From Mobula hypostoma (lineage: Eukaryota), in NCBI RefSeq assembly GCF_963921235.1, contig NC_086097.1, forward strand, positions 46,564,001 through 46,628,000: a stretch of 64,000 bases of DNA, given 5' to 3'. The first letter of the stretch is position 1; each line of letters begins with the position of its first letter. A program made the position numbers and the translations under genes. This document shows, one piece after another, positions 11,040 through 22,156 of this stretch. The notes under the pieces are model-generated. The model was not told where the DNA came from. It was given only the letters and a program-made list of their open reading frames with translations, and did no database searches.

Positions 11040-13590
11040 CTCCCTACCTTCCCTGAACACCCAATCCCTCCCCTCTCCTCAGACACTACCAACCCCCACC
11101 TCCCCTCTGATCCCAGCTCTCATCTTCACCATCTCCTCTGATATTCCGCTCTCTGAGACGGAATGTTCTGTCCACCTGCGGCCATACCTCACTCAGTAGG
11201 TTCTGTACCCGCCATGATGCTGAGCTTTTCTTCTGCCACCTCCATCTCCCATGCCTACTCTTTTGGCAAGGACTCTCCAGCCTGCACCGATGACCCCTCC
11301 TCCTGTATTCAACCCTCCTCCTCTTCCTGGACACCCTGCTCTAGTTTTCTGCCTGCTCTGGATCTTTTCGCTGCTCGCTGCTGATAGGACATCAACTGTC
11401 TTGATTTCACTACTCCTCCCTCCAATTCTACCCTCACTCTTTCCGAATGCACTGCTCTCCACTCTCTCCTCACTAATCCTAACCTCACCACCAAACATGC
11501 AGATAAAGCGGGCAAACCTTGCTCAGACACCTCCTCTTACTTACCCCTCAAACGGGACCCCACTAAGGAGCACCAGGCAATTGTCACCCCTACCATCACT
11601 GACCTTATTAACTTTGGGGATCTCCCATCCACTGCCACCAACCTCATAGTTACTGCACTCCACATCTCCTGTTTCTATATCCTACCCAAGACCGACAAAT
11701 CTGCCTGTCCAGGTACACCCATTGTTTCTGCTTATTCCTATCCCACTGAACTTATAGCTGCACACTTCAACTTTGTTTTATCCCCTCTGGTTCAGTTCCT
11801 TCCTACCTACATCCATGACACCTCATACGCTCTGGATCTTTCCAATTATTTCAAGTTCCCTGCCCCCATTTGTCTTATTTTCATTATGGGTGTCCAGTTC
11901 CTATACACTTCAATCCTCCATCAGGAAGGCCTCAAAGCTTTCCATTTCTTTCTAGACACCAGACCCAACCAGTTCCCCTCTACCACCGCTCTCCTCCGCC
12001 TAGCGAAACTTGTCCTCACTTGTCAATAATTTCTCCTTCAGCTCCTCTCGCTGCCTTCAAACAAAAGGTGTAGCCATGGGCACTCGCAAGGGTCCCAGCT
12101 ATGCCTGCCTTTTTGTTGGCCACGCGGAACAGTCTATGTTCCAAGCCTACACTGGTATCACTCCCCAGCTTTTCCAACACTACATTGATGACTGCATTAG
12201 TGTTGCTTCCTTCACCCATGAGGAGCTTGTCGACTTCGTCAACTTTGCCTCTAACTTCCACCCTGCCCTCAAATTTACCTGATCTATTTCTGACACCTCC
12301 CTCCCCTTTCTCTCTCTCTCTCTCTCTCCCTCTCCCCCCGCACCCCCCCGATATCTTTTATAAACCCACTGATTTTCATAGCTACCTGGACTGTATCTCT
12401 ACCCACATTGTTACTTGTAAAAATGCCATCCCTTCTCTCAAATTCTCCACCTCCACTGCATTAACTCTGAGGTTGAGGTTTTTCATTTCAGAACTAGGGA
12501 GATGTCCTCCTCCTTCAAAGAAAGGGGCTTCCCTTCCACCACTATCAACGTTGCCTTCAAACACGTCTCTTCCATTTCACATACGTCTGCCCTCACCCAT
12601 CCACCCGCCATCCCTCCAGCCTCCACAAGTCCAGCACATAATTCTTGTAACTTCTACCATTTCCAACAGGATCTGACCACAAAACACATTTTTCCCTCTT
12701 CCCCACTTTCCGATTTCTCAGAGATCTACTCCCTTGTCCATTTGTCCCTCCCCACTGATCTCCCTCCTGGGGAGTGGAACAAGTGTCACACCTGCCCCTC
12801 CATCTCCACCCTCACTACCATTCAGAGCCCCAAATAGTCCTTCCAGATGAGGTGACACTTCACCTGTGAGTCTGTTGGGGGTCAGCTACTGTATACGGTG
12901 CTACCAGTGTGTCCGTCTGTATATCGGAGAGAGCCAACGTAGATTGGGAGACAGCTATGCTGAGCACCTACACTCCATCCACCAGAAAGGGCAGGATCTC
13001 CCAGTGGCCACTAATTTTAGTTCTACTTCCCATTCCCATTTCAGCATGTCAGTCCATGGCCTCCTCGACTGCTATGATGTGACCACATTCAAATTGGAGG
13101 AGAAACACCTTATATTCTGTCTGGGTAGCCTCCAACCTGATGGCATGAATTTCAGTTTCTCAAACTTGCAGTAATTACACCCCCCCTCCCCATTTCATCA
13201 TTCCTCATTCCTCTCTCAACTTATCTCCTTACTTGTCCATTGCCTACCTCTGGAGTTCCTCCCCCTTTCCTTTCTTCCATGCCTTCTGTCCTCTCCAATC
13301 GGATTCCCCTTTCTCCGGCCCTTTATCTCTTTCACCAATCAACTTCCAACTCTTAACTTTACCCCTCCCACTCTCCCGGTCTCACCTATCACCTACTGCC
13401 ATGTACTTCTTCCTCCCCTCCCCCTACACTCTGATTTCTTATCGGTTTTTTTCTCCAGCCCCGATAAAGCGCTTTGGCCCAAAATGTCGACCTTATTTTT
13501 CTCCACAGATGCTACCTGGCCTGCTGAGTTCCTCCATCATTTTGTGTGTGTTGCTTGAATTTCCTGCATCTGCAGATTTTCTCTTGTTGG
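11040..13590 (+). mobile_element. Long decayed Penelope-like element (RT, GIY-YIG, pLTR)
   Basis: NNFSF...QTKGVAMGTRKGPSYACLFVG...YIDD, IFYKPTD, GVSYCIRCYQCVRLYIGE; decayed hammerhead near 13457-13492. Confidence 0.92.
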
Positions 13591-13596
13591 CAGAGC

Positions 13597-14537
13597 AGAG
13601 GGTTGCTTTTCAGACTAGAGGCCGGTGACCAGCAGTGTGCAGCAAAGATCAATGCTGGGTCTGCTGCTGTTCATCATTCTTATTAATAATATGGACAGGA
13701 ATGTAGTTGGCATGATTATTAAGTCTGCGGATGACATGAAAATTGTGAAGAAAGACTATAATGGGATTTTGATGAAATGGGAAAGGGGGCCAAGGAATAG
13801 CAGTTGAAATTTAACTCAGACAAGAGTCAAGTGTTGCACTTTAAGTTAAACCAGGGCAGGAGTTAGTAGTGACTGACACAGTAAATGGCAGGTCCTGGAG
13901 AGCGTTGTAGAACCGAGAGGTCTAGGAAATAATTTGGAAGTGTTCTCTAGTTCTTTGAAAGTGGTGACATGGTGTAGTTTACCTTCATTGGCCAGGAAAT
14001 TGAGTATAGGAATTAGGATGTCATGTTATATTAGTGAGACCACACTTGGAGCACTGCGTGCTGGGGTTCAGGAAGGATGTAATTTCGCTGGAAAGGCTGC
14101 AGAAAAGATTTACAAGGATATTACCAGGACTGGCCAGCTTGAGGTATAAGGAGAGGTTGGATTGGCTGGGCTATTTTCCATGAAGGGTAGGAGACTGAGG
14201 GGTAACCTTATAGAAAAATATTAAATTATGTTAGGCTGAGATAAGGCAATTGGTGTGAAACTAGAGGGTAGAGATTGAAAATGAGAGGGAGAAGATTTAA
14301 AGGGACCTTGAGAGGTGTATTTCCAGATAGAGGATGATGGGTATATGGAAGGAGTAGCCAGTGGAAGTGGTAGAGACAGGCACAATTACACCATTTAAAA
14401 ACACATTTGGACAGGTGCTTAGATAGAAAAGATTTAGAGGTCTAGTGGCAAGTGGGACTTGCTGAGGTAGGCAGCTTGGTTGGGATGGACAAGTTGGGCT
14501 AAAGGACATGTTTCCTTGCTATGAGCTTCATGACTCT
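13597..14537 (+). mobile_element. Decayed CR1 LINE (RT C-terminal part plus 3' UTR)
   Basis: SSVQQRSMLGLLLFIILINNMD...KSADD resembles SGVPQGSVLGPLLF...KFADD; CR1-type tail. Confidence 0.85.
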
Positions 14538-14569
14538 AATTTGGAGAATTTTACAGATCATTTCAGCGT

Positions 14570-14770
14570 TTTGAGGTGCCTATAGCCATAGCATGCAAGA
14601 CTGCAGGCTTAGTACTGGCTTTGAAGACTTGATCTTCAAAAGGTCTTGTCCTCAGATGCATATAGGCTGTGTTGGCATAGACAGGGCAATGACGGATTTA
14701 GTCACTGATGTCTACATTTACTGAGAGCTTGCTCCTCATGTAAGGGAAGAGGTTCATATTTCCAGAGTAT
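14570..14770 (-). mobile_element. Old RTE-clade LINE fragment
   Basis: Reverse strand resembles the RTE RT thumb region (FPYLGS...DIDDEI...ASAAF...RVFEDQD-like); heavily decayed. Confidence 0.4.
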
Positions 14771-15243
14771 TTTCAAGAAACTTTATATTTGGGAAATTAT
14801 ATTACATAACAGGGCAGGTTGGTAAAGGACTTTTGTTTAATAGAATGTTTGGATCTTGAAATTCATTTTTTTTTAAATGGCACTTTCAGATACTTTCTTT
14901 GTGTTAATCTTGGCTTAGTGGTTGCAATATCCAGCCTATGCACTAGCCTTAATGAACATGAAGTTTCTGATCTCATGGAAAGTGTGATTCTCTTTTAATG
15001 CTGCTTAGTTCCAGGTATTCTAGTATTCATTGTACATGATGAAGATTTGAATGATATCTTGATGCGGTAATTGGAGATAATAAAGGCAAATAAAGCCAAG
15101 AGTTACAGACAGTGGGAATGTCATCTACACATATTTAGATTGATCATCAGAGCCCAATATCATTCTGCAAGCAAATATCTAATAAAAATCTTAGGAAACA
15201 AGAAGTGAACCTTGAACCTCTAACTGTTAGAAAAGTGATCATG

Positions 15244-16114
15244 TTTGGTGGTCTTGTAGATAGTGTAGAGGATTGTCGAAGATTGCAGAGGGACATTGAT
15301 AGGATGCAGAAGTGGGCTGAGAAGTGGCAGATGCAGTTCAACCCGGAGAAGTGTGAGGTGGTACACTTTGGAAGGACAAACTCCAAGGCAGAGCATAAAG
15401 TAAATGGTAGGATACTTGGTAGTGTGGAGAAGAGGAGGGTTCTGGGGGTACATGTCCACAGATCCCTGAAAGTTGCCTCACAGGTAGATAGGGTAGTTAA
15501 GAAAGCTTATGGGGTGTTAGCTTTCATAAGTTGAGGGATAGAGTTTAAGAGTCACAAGGTAATGATGCAGCTCTATAAAACTCTGGTTAGGCCACACTTG
15601 GAGTACTGTGTCCATTTCTGGTCGCCTCACTATAGGAAGGATGTGGAAGCATTGGAAAGGATACAGAGGAGATTTACCAGGATGCTGCCTGGTTTAGAGA
15701 GTATGGATTATGAACAGAGATTAAGGGAGCTAGGGCTTTACTCTTTGGAGAGAAGGAGGATGAGAGGAGACATGATAGAGGTATACAAGATATTAAGAGG
15801 AATAGATATAGATAGCCAGTGCCTCTTCCCCAGGGCACCACTGCTCAATACAAGGGAACATGGCTTTAAGGTAAGGGGTGGGAAGTTCAAGGGGGATATT
15901 AGAGGAAGGTTTTTTATTCAGAGAGTGGTTGGTGTATGGAATGCACTGCCTGAGTCAGTGGTGGAGGCAGATACACTACTGAAATTTAAGAGACTACTAG
16001 ACAGGTATATGGAGGAATTTAAGGTGGGGGGTTATATGGGAGGCAGGGTTTGAGGGTCGGCACAACATTGTAGGCTGAAGGGCCTGTACTGTGCTGTACT
16101 ATTCTATGTTCTAT
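15244..16114 (+). mobile_element. Relatively young 5'-truncated CR1 LINE
   Basis: LQRDIDRMQKWAEKWQMQFNPEKCEVVHFG...LYKTLVRPHLEYC...FFIQRVVGVWNALP with one in-frame stop at 15532; (TTCTATG)n-type tail. Confidence 0.95.
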
Positions 16115-16182
16115 AATAACATGTTGTGAAAAGTTGGGACACTTTTAAAATAAAATTGAAGCATGCATTCATAAAACACTTC

Positions 16183-16668
16183 AGAGTGCAGAGAAGGTTT
16201 ACAAGGATGTTGCCAGGACTTGAGAAACTCAGTTACAGAGAAAGGTTGAATAGGTTAGGACTTTATTCCCTGGAGCGTAGAAGAATGAGGGGAGATTTGA
16301 TAGAGGTATATAAAATTATGATGGGTACAGATAGAGTGAATGCAAGCAGGTTTTTTCCACTGAGGCAAGGGGAGAAAAAAACCAGAGGACATGGGTTAAG
16401 GGTGAGGGGGGAAAAGTTTAAAGGGAACATTAGGTGGGGCTTCTTCACACAGAGAGTGGTGGGAGTATGGAATGAGCTGCCAGACGAGGTGGTAAATGCG
16501 GGTTCTTTTTTAACATTTAAGAATAAATTGGACAGATACATGGATGGGAGGTGTATGGAGGGATATGGTCCGTGTGCAGGTCAGTGGGACTAGGCAGAAA
16601 ATGGTTCGGCACAGCCAAGAAGGGCCAAAGGGCCTGTTTCTGTGCTGTGGTTTCTATGGTTCTATGGT
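16183..16668 (+). mobile_element. CR1 LINE 3' fragment, second subfamily
   Basis: RVQRRFTRMLPGL...FFTQRVVGVWNELP; (TTCTATGG)n tail. Confidence 0.93.
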
Positions 16669-16759
16669 CATGGAGCATCCCACAGTGTTCACAGACAAAG
16701 AAGCATCTTTGAAATGTTATTCAATGCAACAACCAGTTTGTGGCCTGATGATCTGATAA

Positions 16760-16892
16760 CCTTGATGAAGGGTTTTGGCCCGAAAAGTCGACTGTTTACT
16801 CTTTTCCATAGATGCTGCCTGGCCTGCTGAGTTCCTCCAGCATTCTGTGTGTGTTGCTTGGATTTCCAACATCTGCAAATTTTCTCGTGTAG
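16760..16892 (+). mobile_element. Solo Penelope pLTR mini-element with decayed hammerhead
   Basis: TTGATGAAGGGTTTTGGCCCGAAAAGTCGACTG followed by the PLE tail; TSD CTGATAA at 16753-16759 and 16893-16899. Confidence 0.8.
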
Positions 16893-16929
16893 CTGATAAT
16901 CTTTTTCTGTCAAGTTGATTGGAGAACAA

Positions 16930-17640
16930 ACACTGGCTATGAGGTTAGGAGAATGGTCCATTCTATTCATGGTCAAGATGAAAAGATCAAGGTCTTGGCT
17001 AGCAGCACAATCACTTGCACTGTTACCAAAATTAGTGTGATGGAACAAGTGGGAAAATAAATAGAAACCCAAAATCAACAACATTTCTTAATGTTTAATG
17101 ATTTTTTAGCATAAGACTGAGTCATTGTTGAAGGCTTGAGGGCTAAAGAAAGAAAAGCTTGAAGGATGAACATTTTGAAGTTAGTAAATGAAGGTTTCAA
17201 TGATTTAAGCGGCATTACAATTTTCATAACTTAAAGTGACTGCTGGGGCTGCGAGGTCTGATACATTCGCTGCAAAGAGGGTCCCTGAGGAAACAAAGCA
17301 AGTTTTCAATGTCAAATAGACTGGACTTCTTTGGAAACGGGTGCCACATAGGACTATATTTCTGAGTAAGGGAGGACAGTGCTTGGATTTAAAGCAGTGA
17401 AAGTCAGATCAACGTGGATGCTTGGGGGAATTGCTGCTGGTGACTTCAAGATCAGCCTTCTCTTAGTTTTTCAGGCTGCCAACTCACATGCTTCCTAAAG
17501 TTATTCCTAAGAACATCTTCCTGTGAATTAAGGATAGCAATCATGCATGAAAAGAATGGTTTGTTAAGGAGAATTTAGTTATGAAAATTCTTATTATTGA
17601 CAATACTCCTGTACAACAGCCCAATCCCCTACCAACCCTA
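16930..17640 (+). mobile_element. pogo/Tigger-like DDE transposase fossil
   Basis: Manual translation from 17299: QVFNVK*TGLLWKRVPHRT, then GFKAVKVRSTWMLGGIAAGDFKISLLLVF, then KILIIDNTP. Confidence 0.8.
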
Positions 17641-17692
17641 ATGACTTAAGTGAGTGCAAGAAGTCTATTTTGCCCCTCCAAATGTGACAGAT

Positions 17693-19170
17693 TTACTAGG
17701 AGTCTGTGGAGGTTTGTCTTCTTATCAAAATCCTTTGCAAACTTCTGTAGATGTGTGGTAGAAAGTGTGCTGACTGGCTGCATTACAGCCCGGATGAGAA
17801 AACGAATGTCACTGAGCGAAATTTGCTGTGGTGGGGCTCATCAGCAAAAATGATGAAATAATGTACAGGGAGGAGGTCAAACACCTAGAGAGCTGGTGCA
17901 GGGATAACAACTTGATGCTTAATGTCACCAAAACCAAGGAGATGATTGTCGATTTCAGACGGTCTCAGCCTGAGCACACACCCCTTAGCATCAGCGGCTC
18001 CACAGTGGAGAGAGTGGAAAACATCAAGTTCCTTGGGGTGCAGATCTCGGACAATCTCACCTGGTCCAGGAACACCACTGGGATTGTGAAACAGGCCCAG
18101 CAGAGATTGCACTTTCTGAAGAAGCTTAAACAAGCATCACTCCCCACTAACATCTTAACTACATTCTACAGAGGCGTGGTTGAGAGTGTGCTGATCTTTC
18201 GCATCACAACCTGGTACTCCAGCTGCAGTGCTGTCGATAAAAAAGCCTTGCAGAGGGTGGTTAGGGGAGCAGAGAAGGTTATTGGGGTCTCCCTACCTTC
18301 TGTCCAAGACCTCTTTCAGAGTCGATGCCTCCAGAAGACGCGGTACATCATTAAAGACCTCTCACACCCTCTCCATGAACTGTATGTTCTTCTGCCATCA
18401 GGCAAATGTTACAGGAGCATCAAAACTAAAACCACAAGGCTACTAAACAGCTTCCTCCCACAGGCAGTCAGACTGCTAAATAGCTGCTCTACCTGACTCT
18501 GCTTTGGACACTTAAAACTGATTTTAACTGACATGTGGCTGTTGTGTTTTACTATTTATTGTTATGTTTATTATTTAGTGTTGCGTTTGTTATGTTATGA
18601 TTGCACTGCCCCTGAGAAATGCTGTCTCATTCTGCCCTGCAGAGCTGATGTATAGTTAGAATGGCAATAACATTTTTTGAATCTTTGAATCTTGAATCTT
18701 GAAAAATCCTACAAAAGGTAGTGGACTTGGCCCAGTACATCATGGGTAAAACCATCCCAACCATCGAGCATATCTACATGAAACATTGCTGTAGAAAAGC
18801 AGCAACCTTTATCAAAGATGCTCACCACCCAGGCCATGCTCTTTTCTTGCTGCCATCAGGTAGAAGGTATAGGTGCTTCAGGACTCACACAACCAGGTTC
18901 AAAAACAGTTACCACCCCTCAACCATCAGGTTCTTGAACTAAAGGGGATAACTACACTCATTTAAGGACTCTTATGTCTTGTTATTTCATGCTCATTATT
19001 TATTGCTATTTCCTTAAATCTGCATTTGCAGTTTTTTGTCCATTGGTCCTGTTTACAGTTACTGTTCTATAGATTTGCCAAGTATGCCTGTAGGAAAAGC
19101 ATCCCAGGGTTGTATGTGGTGACATGTATGTACTCTGATAATAAATTTTACTTTGAACTTTGAACTTTGA
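17693..19170 (+). mobile_element. Older Rex1/Babar LINE 3' part, split by an insertion (host parts 17693-17821 and 18701-19170)
   Basis: NFCRCVVESVLTGCITA...ERK|ILQKVVD...HHPGHALFLLPSGRRYR; (GAACTTT)n tail. Confidence 0.85.
17822..18700 (+). mobile_element. Younger 5'-truncated Rex1/Babar LINE nested in the older copy
   Basis: Uninterrupted 222-aa ORF: LNVTKTKEMIVDFRR, KFLGVQISDNLTW, QRLHFLKKLK, LLPSGKCYRSI; (GAATCTT)n tail. Confidence 0.92.
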
Positions 19171-20339
19171 TGTTAGTGAACAGCATCATCACCACCTCAA
19201 AATCATACCTTGTAGAGTAAATCTTTGACCAACTCCTCAAGTGATGGAGATGTCAAACTATTAATCCATGATTATTGGTATGATTACAATATCCTCAATT
19301 TTATCACAACATTGATGAAGCATGAAAATTATTTTCTCAAAGTTGCATGAACTGTATATCTGATGCAAAATTTGACCGGAGTGCATTACTGAAGTTTCAC
19401 CTTTTGACTTTTTCTTCCGGAAAATATGTAATTTAATGTTATTTTTATTCAGACTGTTCTGAGATATTTCCATCCCTATCAGTCAATGTTAACCTTTTTA
19501 GTCTACTAATCTGTGCCCATTAAACACACTACAGACTTCTCTTTCATTTATTTGCAGGATTTATTTGATGTGTTCAATTTATTTTTCCTGATTGACTTCC
19601 GTAATATTGAATCTTTCCCAAAGTATTGATCTCCGACCATTTTTACTTCCCTTAAAAGGGTACCAAGTCATCTACGTTTCACTGACAGAGGATTTAATTT
19701 CATAATCACTATTTATGCACGATAATAAGAAGTGATTTCTGCTTGATTGCAGAAATGCTATTTTGCATGGTGTTAGGCTACAGTAGTCACTGCTGCTGTA
19801 GCAATAATCAATTCTGTACATGAACAGACTTGTGGCGATCTCATGAAAGCCTAAGAAAGAGAAACACATCTCAGAGCAACACCTTGGTAATTGTTAAACT
19901 ATTTAAAGCAAGCAAATAAAGCAAGATTATTTTATAGTTCCATGCCTCTCAAGAAGTCATTTTGTTACATACAGTATACTGTGTAGTGAGTGAAATATTT
20001 TACAGTGATATTATTTTATTAAACCAACTGGTTCAAACAATAAATATTACAACTAATATTATTTTACACTACAAATATTGAACACCATTGTTTCATTGCT
20101 TTTTCCAAATAGAAGCGTAATTCTGTTCCAGATGATATACACGTTGCTTGGATCCTTGGGTAGTTTCGTGGATTTGAAGAAGTCTTACTTCCCTTCCATT
20201 TTGTGAGCTCTGAGGTGATTGACGCGGCCAGAGGGGGAACTAGAGACTCTTCTACAGACGGGACAGACAGTTGTTGTCTAACAGGGCAGACAGGTGGGCA
20301 AATTATGAGGTGGGCTGTGCATTTGACCAATTACATAAG

Positions 20340-20790
20340 ACTTCAGTGTGCTCTAATAAATGTACTCAAGGTTACTTATACCATTCTCAATGTTGTTTCT
20401 TCAATTTAGGCAGTCATGGACCAGGAATTCCCCAGATCAATGGAGATGTTACATTCTTCCAAGAAGGCTTGAAACACATTCTTGAATCTTTACTTCTGCT
20501 TGATGTGTCTTCTCTTCAAGGTGATAGATCTTGGAAACAGGAAGTTTGTTTTGTGAGTCTCATGTCGAATCACCACATGTGACTGATATAGCCTGCCCAA
20601 AAGACAAAATACTGAGGGCCTTAATACTGAGGGTCTTGGCCTATGAGTAGAAACTGATCCTAGTTCACTTTGTTCTCTTCTGTGAAATTGGACGATTTTG
20701 CAGAGAAAGCCTTTAGATTCAGGGACAAGGTACCTTTCAAATGCTCTGGGATGCAGTGCCAGCGAATGCCTGGCTCCCATCCTTAGCTCT
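20340..20790 (-). mobile_element. Old RTE-clade LINE 3' fragment
   Basis: Reverse strand gives a decayed WAG...RL.KQ...RFK.V.K..L pattern typical of RTE ORF C-termini. Confidence 0.55.
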
Positions 20791-21066
20791 GAACAGTCAG
20801 AAAGAGATAAGCTAGTCTGTGTCACATGTTTTCCAATTATGTATGAGTGCTATTGTTATTTTAAAGAAGCACTTTCCTCAGTATAAAAACAATTACAAAG
20901 ATAATGCTATTTATAACACAATGACATAAATAACAATGAAATGTCACAAATTTCAGTTAAAAATGGCATTGACAGAAAAAGAGTCAAGGGCACTGAAAAC
21001 CCTTTCTGAAAACATTTGTTTAGTGGTCGTATGGATTTACCTGAAATATAGTTTTATTATTCCATA

Positions 21067-22156
21067 TTCAAGTGCAAAAGGATTTGTTTGTTTGTTTTAT
21101 CGACTACACAAAAGCATTTGATAAAGTGAAGCACAGTAAGTTATTTGAAATATTACAGGAAGCTGTAGATCTAGATTTGAAAGACCTCCACCTAATAAGA
21201 AATCTGTACTAGGAACAAACTGCCACTGTAAGATTAGATGGAGAAGTGAGTCAGTTTACAAAAATCAAGAGAGGCATTAGACAAGGGTGTGTTTTCTCCC
21301 CTGATTTGTTAAATGTGTACAGTGAAACAATATTACAAAAAAATAAGAGACATCTTGGGAATCAAAGTTGGCGGTGAAAACATCAATAATTTCAGATATG
21401 CGGATGACACTGCAAGTACAGAGGAAGAACTACAAAACTTAATTGATATAGTTGTTGAAGAAAGTGCAAAATTGGGTCTATCTATTAATTGCAAAAAGAC
21501 GGAATGTATGGTGATATCGAAAAAGAAGGAGAATCCTATCTGCAGGCTGAGAATAAACAGGGAAGACATAAAACAAGTACAGAACTTTTGCTACTTAGGA
21601 AGCTGTGTGACATCAGATGGCAGGTGCGAATGGATATCAAAAGAAGAATAGACACCTTTACGAGAATGAAGAGTGTACAGACCAACACTAAACTAGGCAT
21701 GACAACCTGCCTTAGAGCACTGAAATGTTACGTTTATCCAGTTATGTTATATGGTTCAGAATGTTGGACAATATCTAGTAACATGAGGAAACGAATTAAA
21801 GCAGTAGATATGTGGTTTTTGAGAAGGATGCAAAGCATATCATGGATGAAACGAATATCTGATGATGATGTCATGAACAGAGCAAGCACAAAAAGAGAAA
21901 TAATGTATGAGATCATGAAAAGGCAACACGACTTCATTGAACATGTGACTAGGAAAGAGGAGTTAGAATGCACGGTAATTATGGGAAAGACTGAAGGGAA
22001 GAAAGCAAGAGGAAGGCAAAGACAAATGATGATGGAGACAGCAATCAGAGAACTGGAAATGAATACCAATGAATTGATCTACTTGACCCAAAGCAGGAGT
22101 GCGTGAGCCATGGCAGTCAAAGCTCAAACTGGGCATGGCACCTGATGATGATGATA
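21067..22156 (+). mobile_element. 5'-truncated RTE-clade LINE with TSD
   Basis: FVCFIDYTKAFDKVKH, RGIRQGCVFSPDL, FRYADDT, LYGSECWT, GKKARGRQR; (GAT)n tail; TSD ATTATTCCATA at 21056-21066 and 22157-22167. Confidence 0.92.

Noticed and set aside
17819..17836. Apparent in-frame deletion of the catalytic DD (KFA-VVGL)
   Set aside because: The upstream AAA belongs to the host element and its GAAA duplication; this is the 5' truncation junction of the insert.
17828..18496. 222-aa ORF as a host or domesticated gene
   Set aside because: It is the C-terminal part of a 5'-truncated Rex1 ORF with its UTR and tail, and has no ATG start or promoter.
20224..20243. CTCF-like motif GCGGCCAGAGGGGGAACTAG
   Set aside because: Several mismatches at core positions; not distinguishable from chance.
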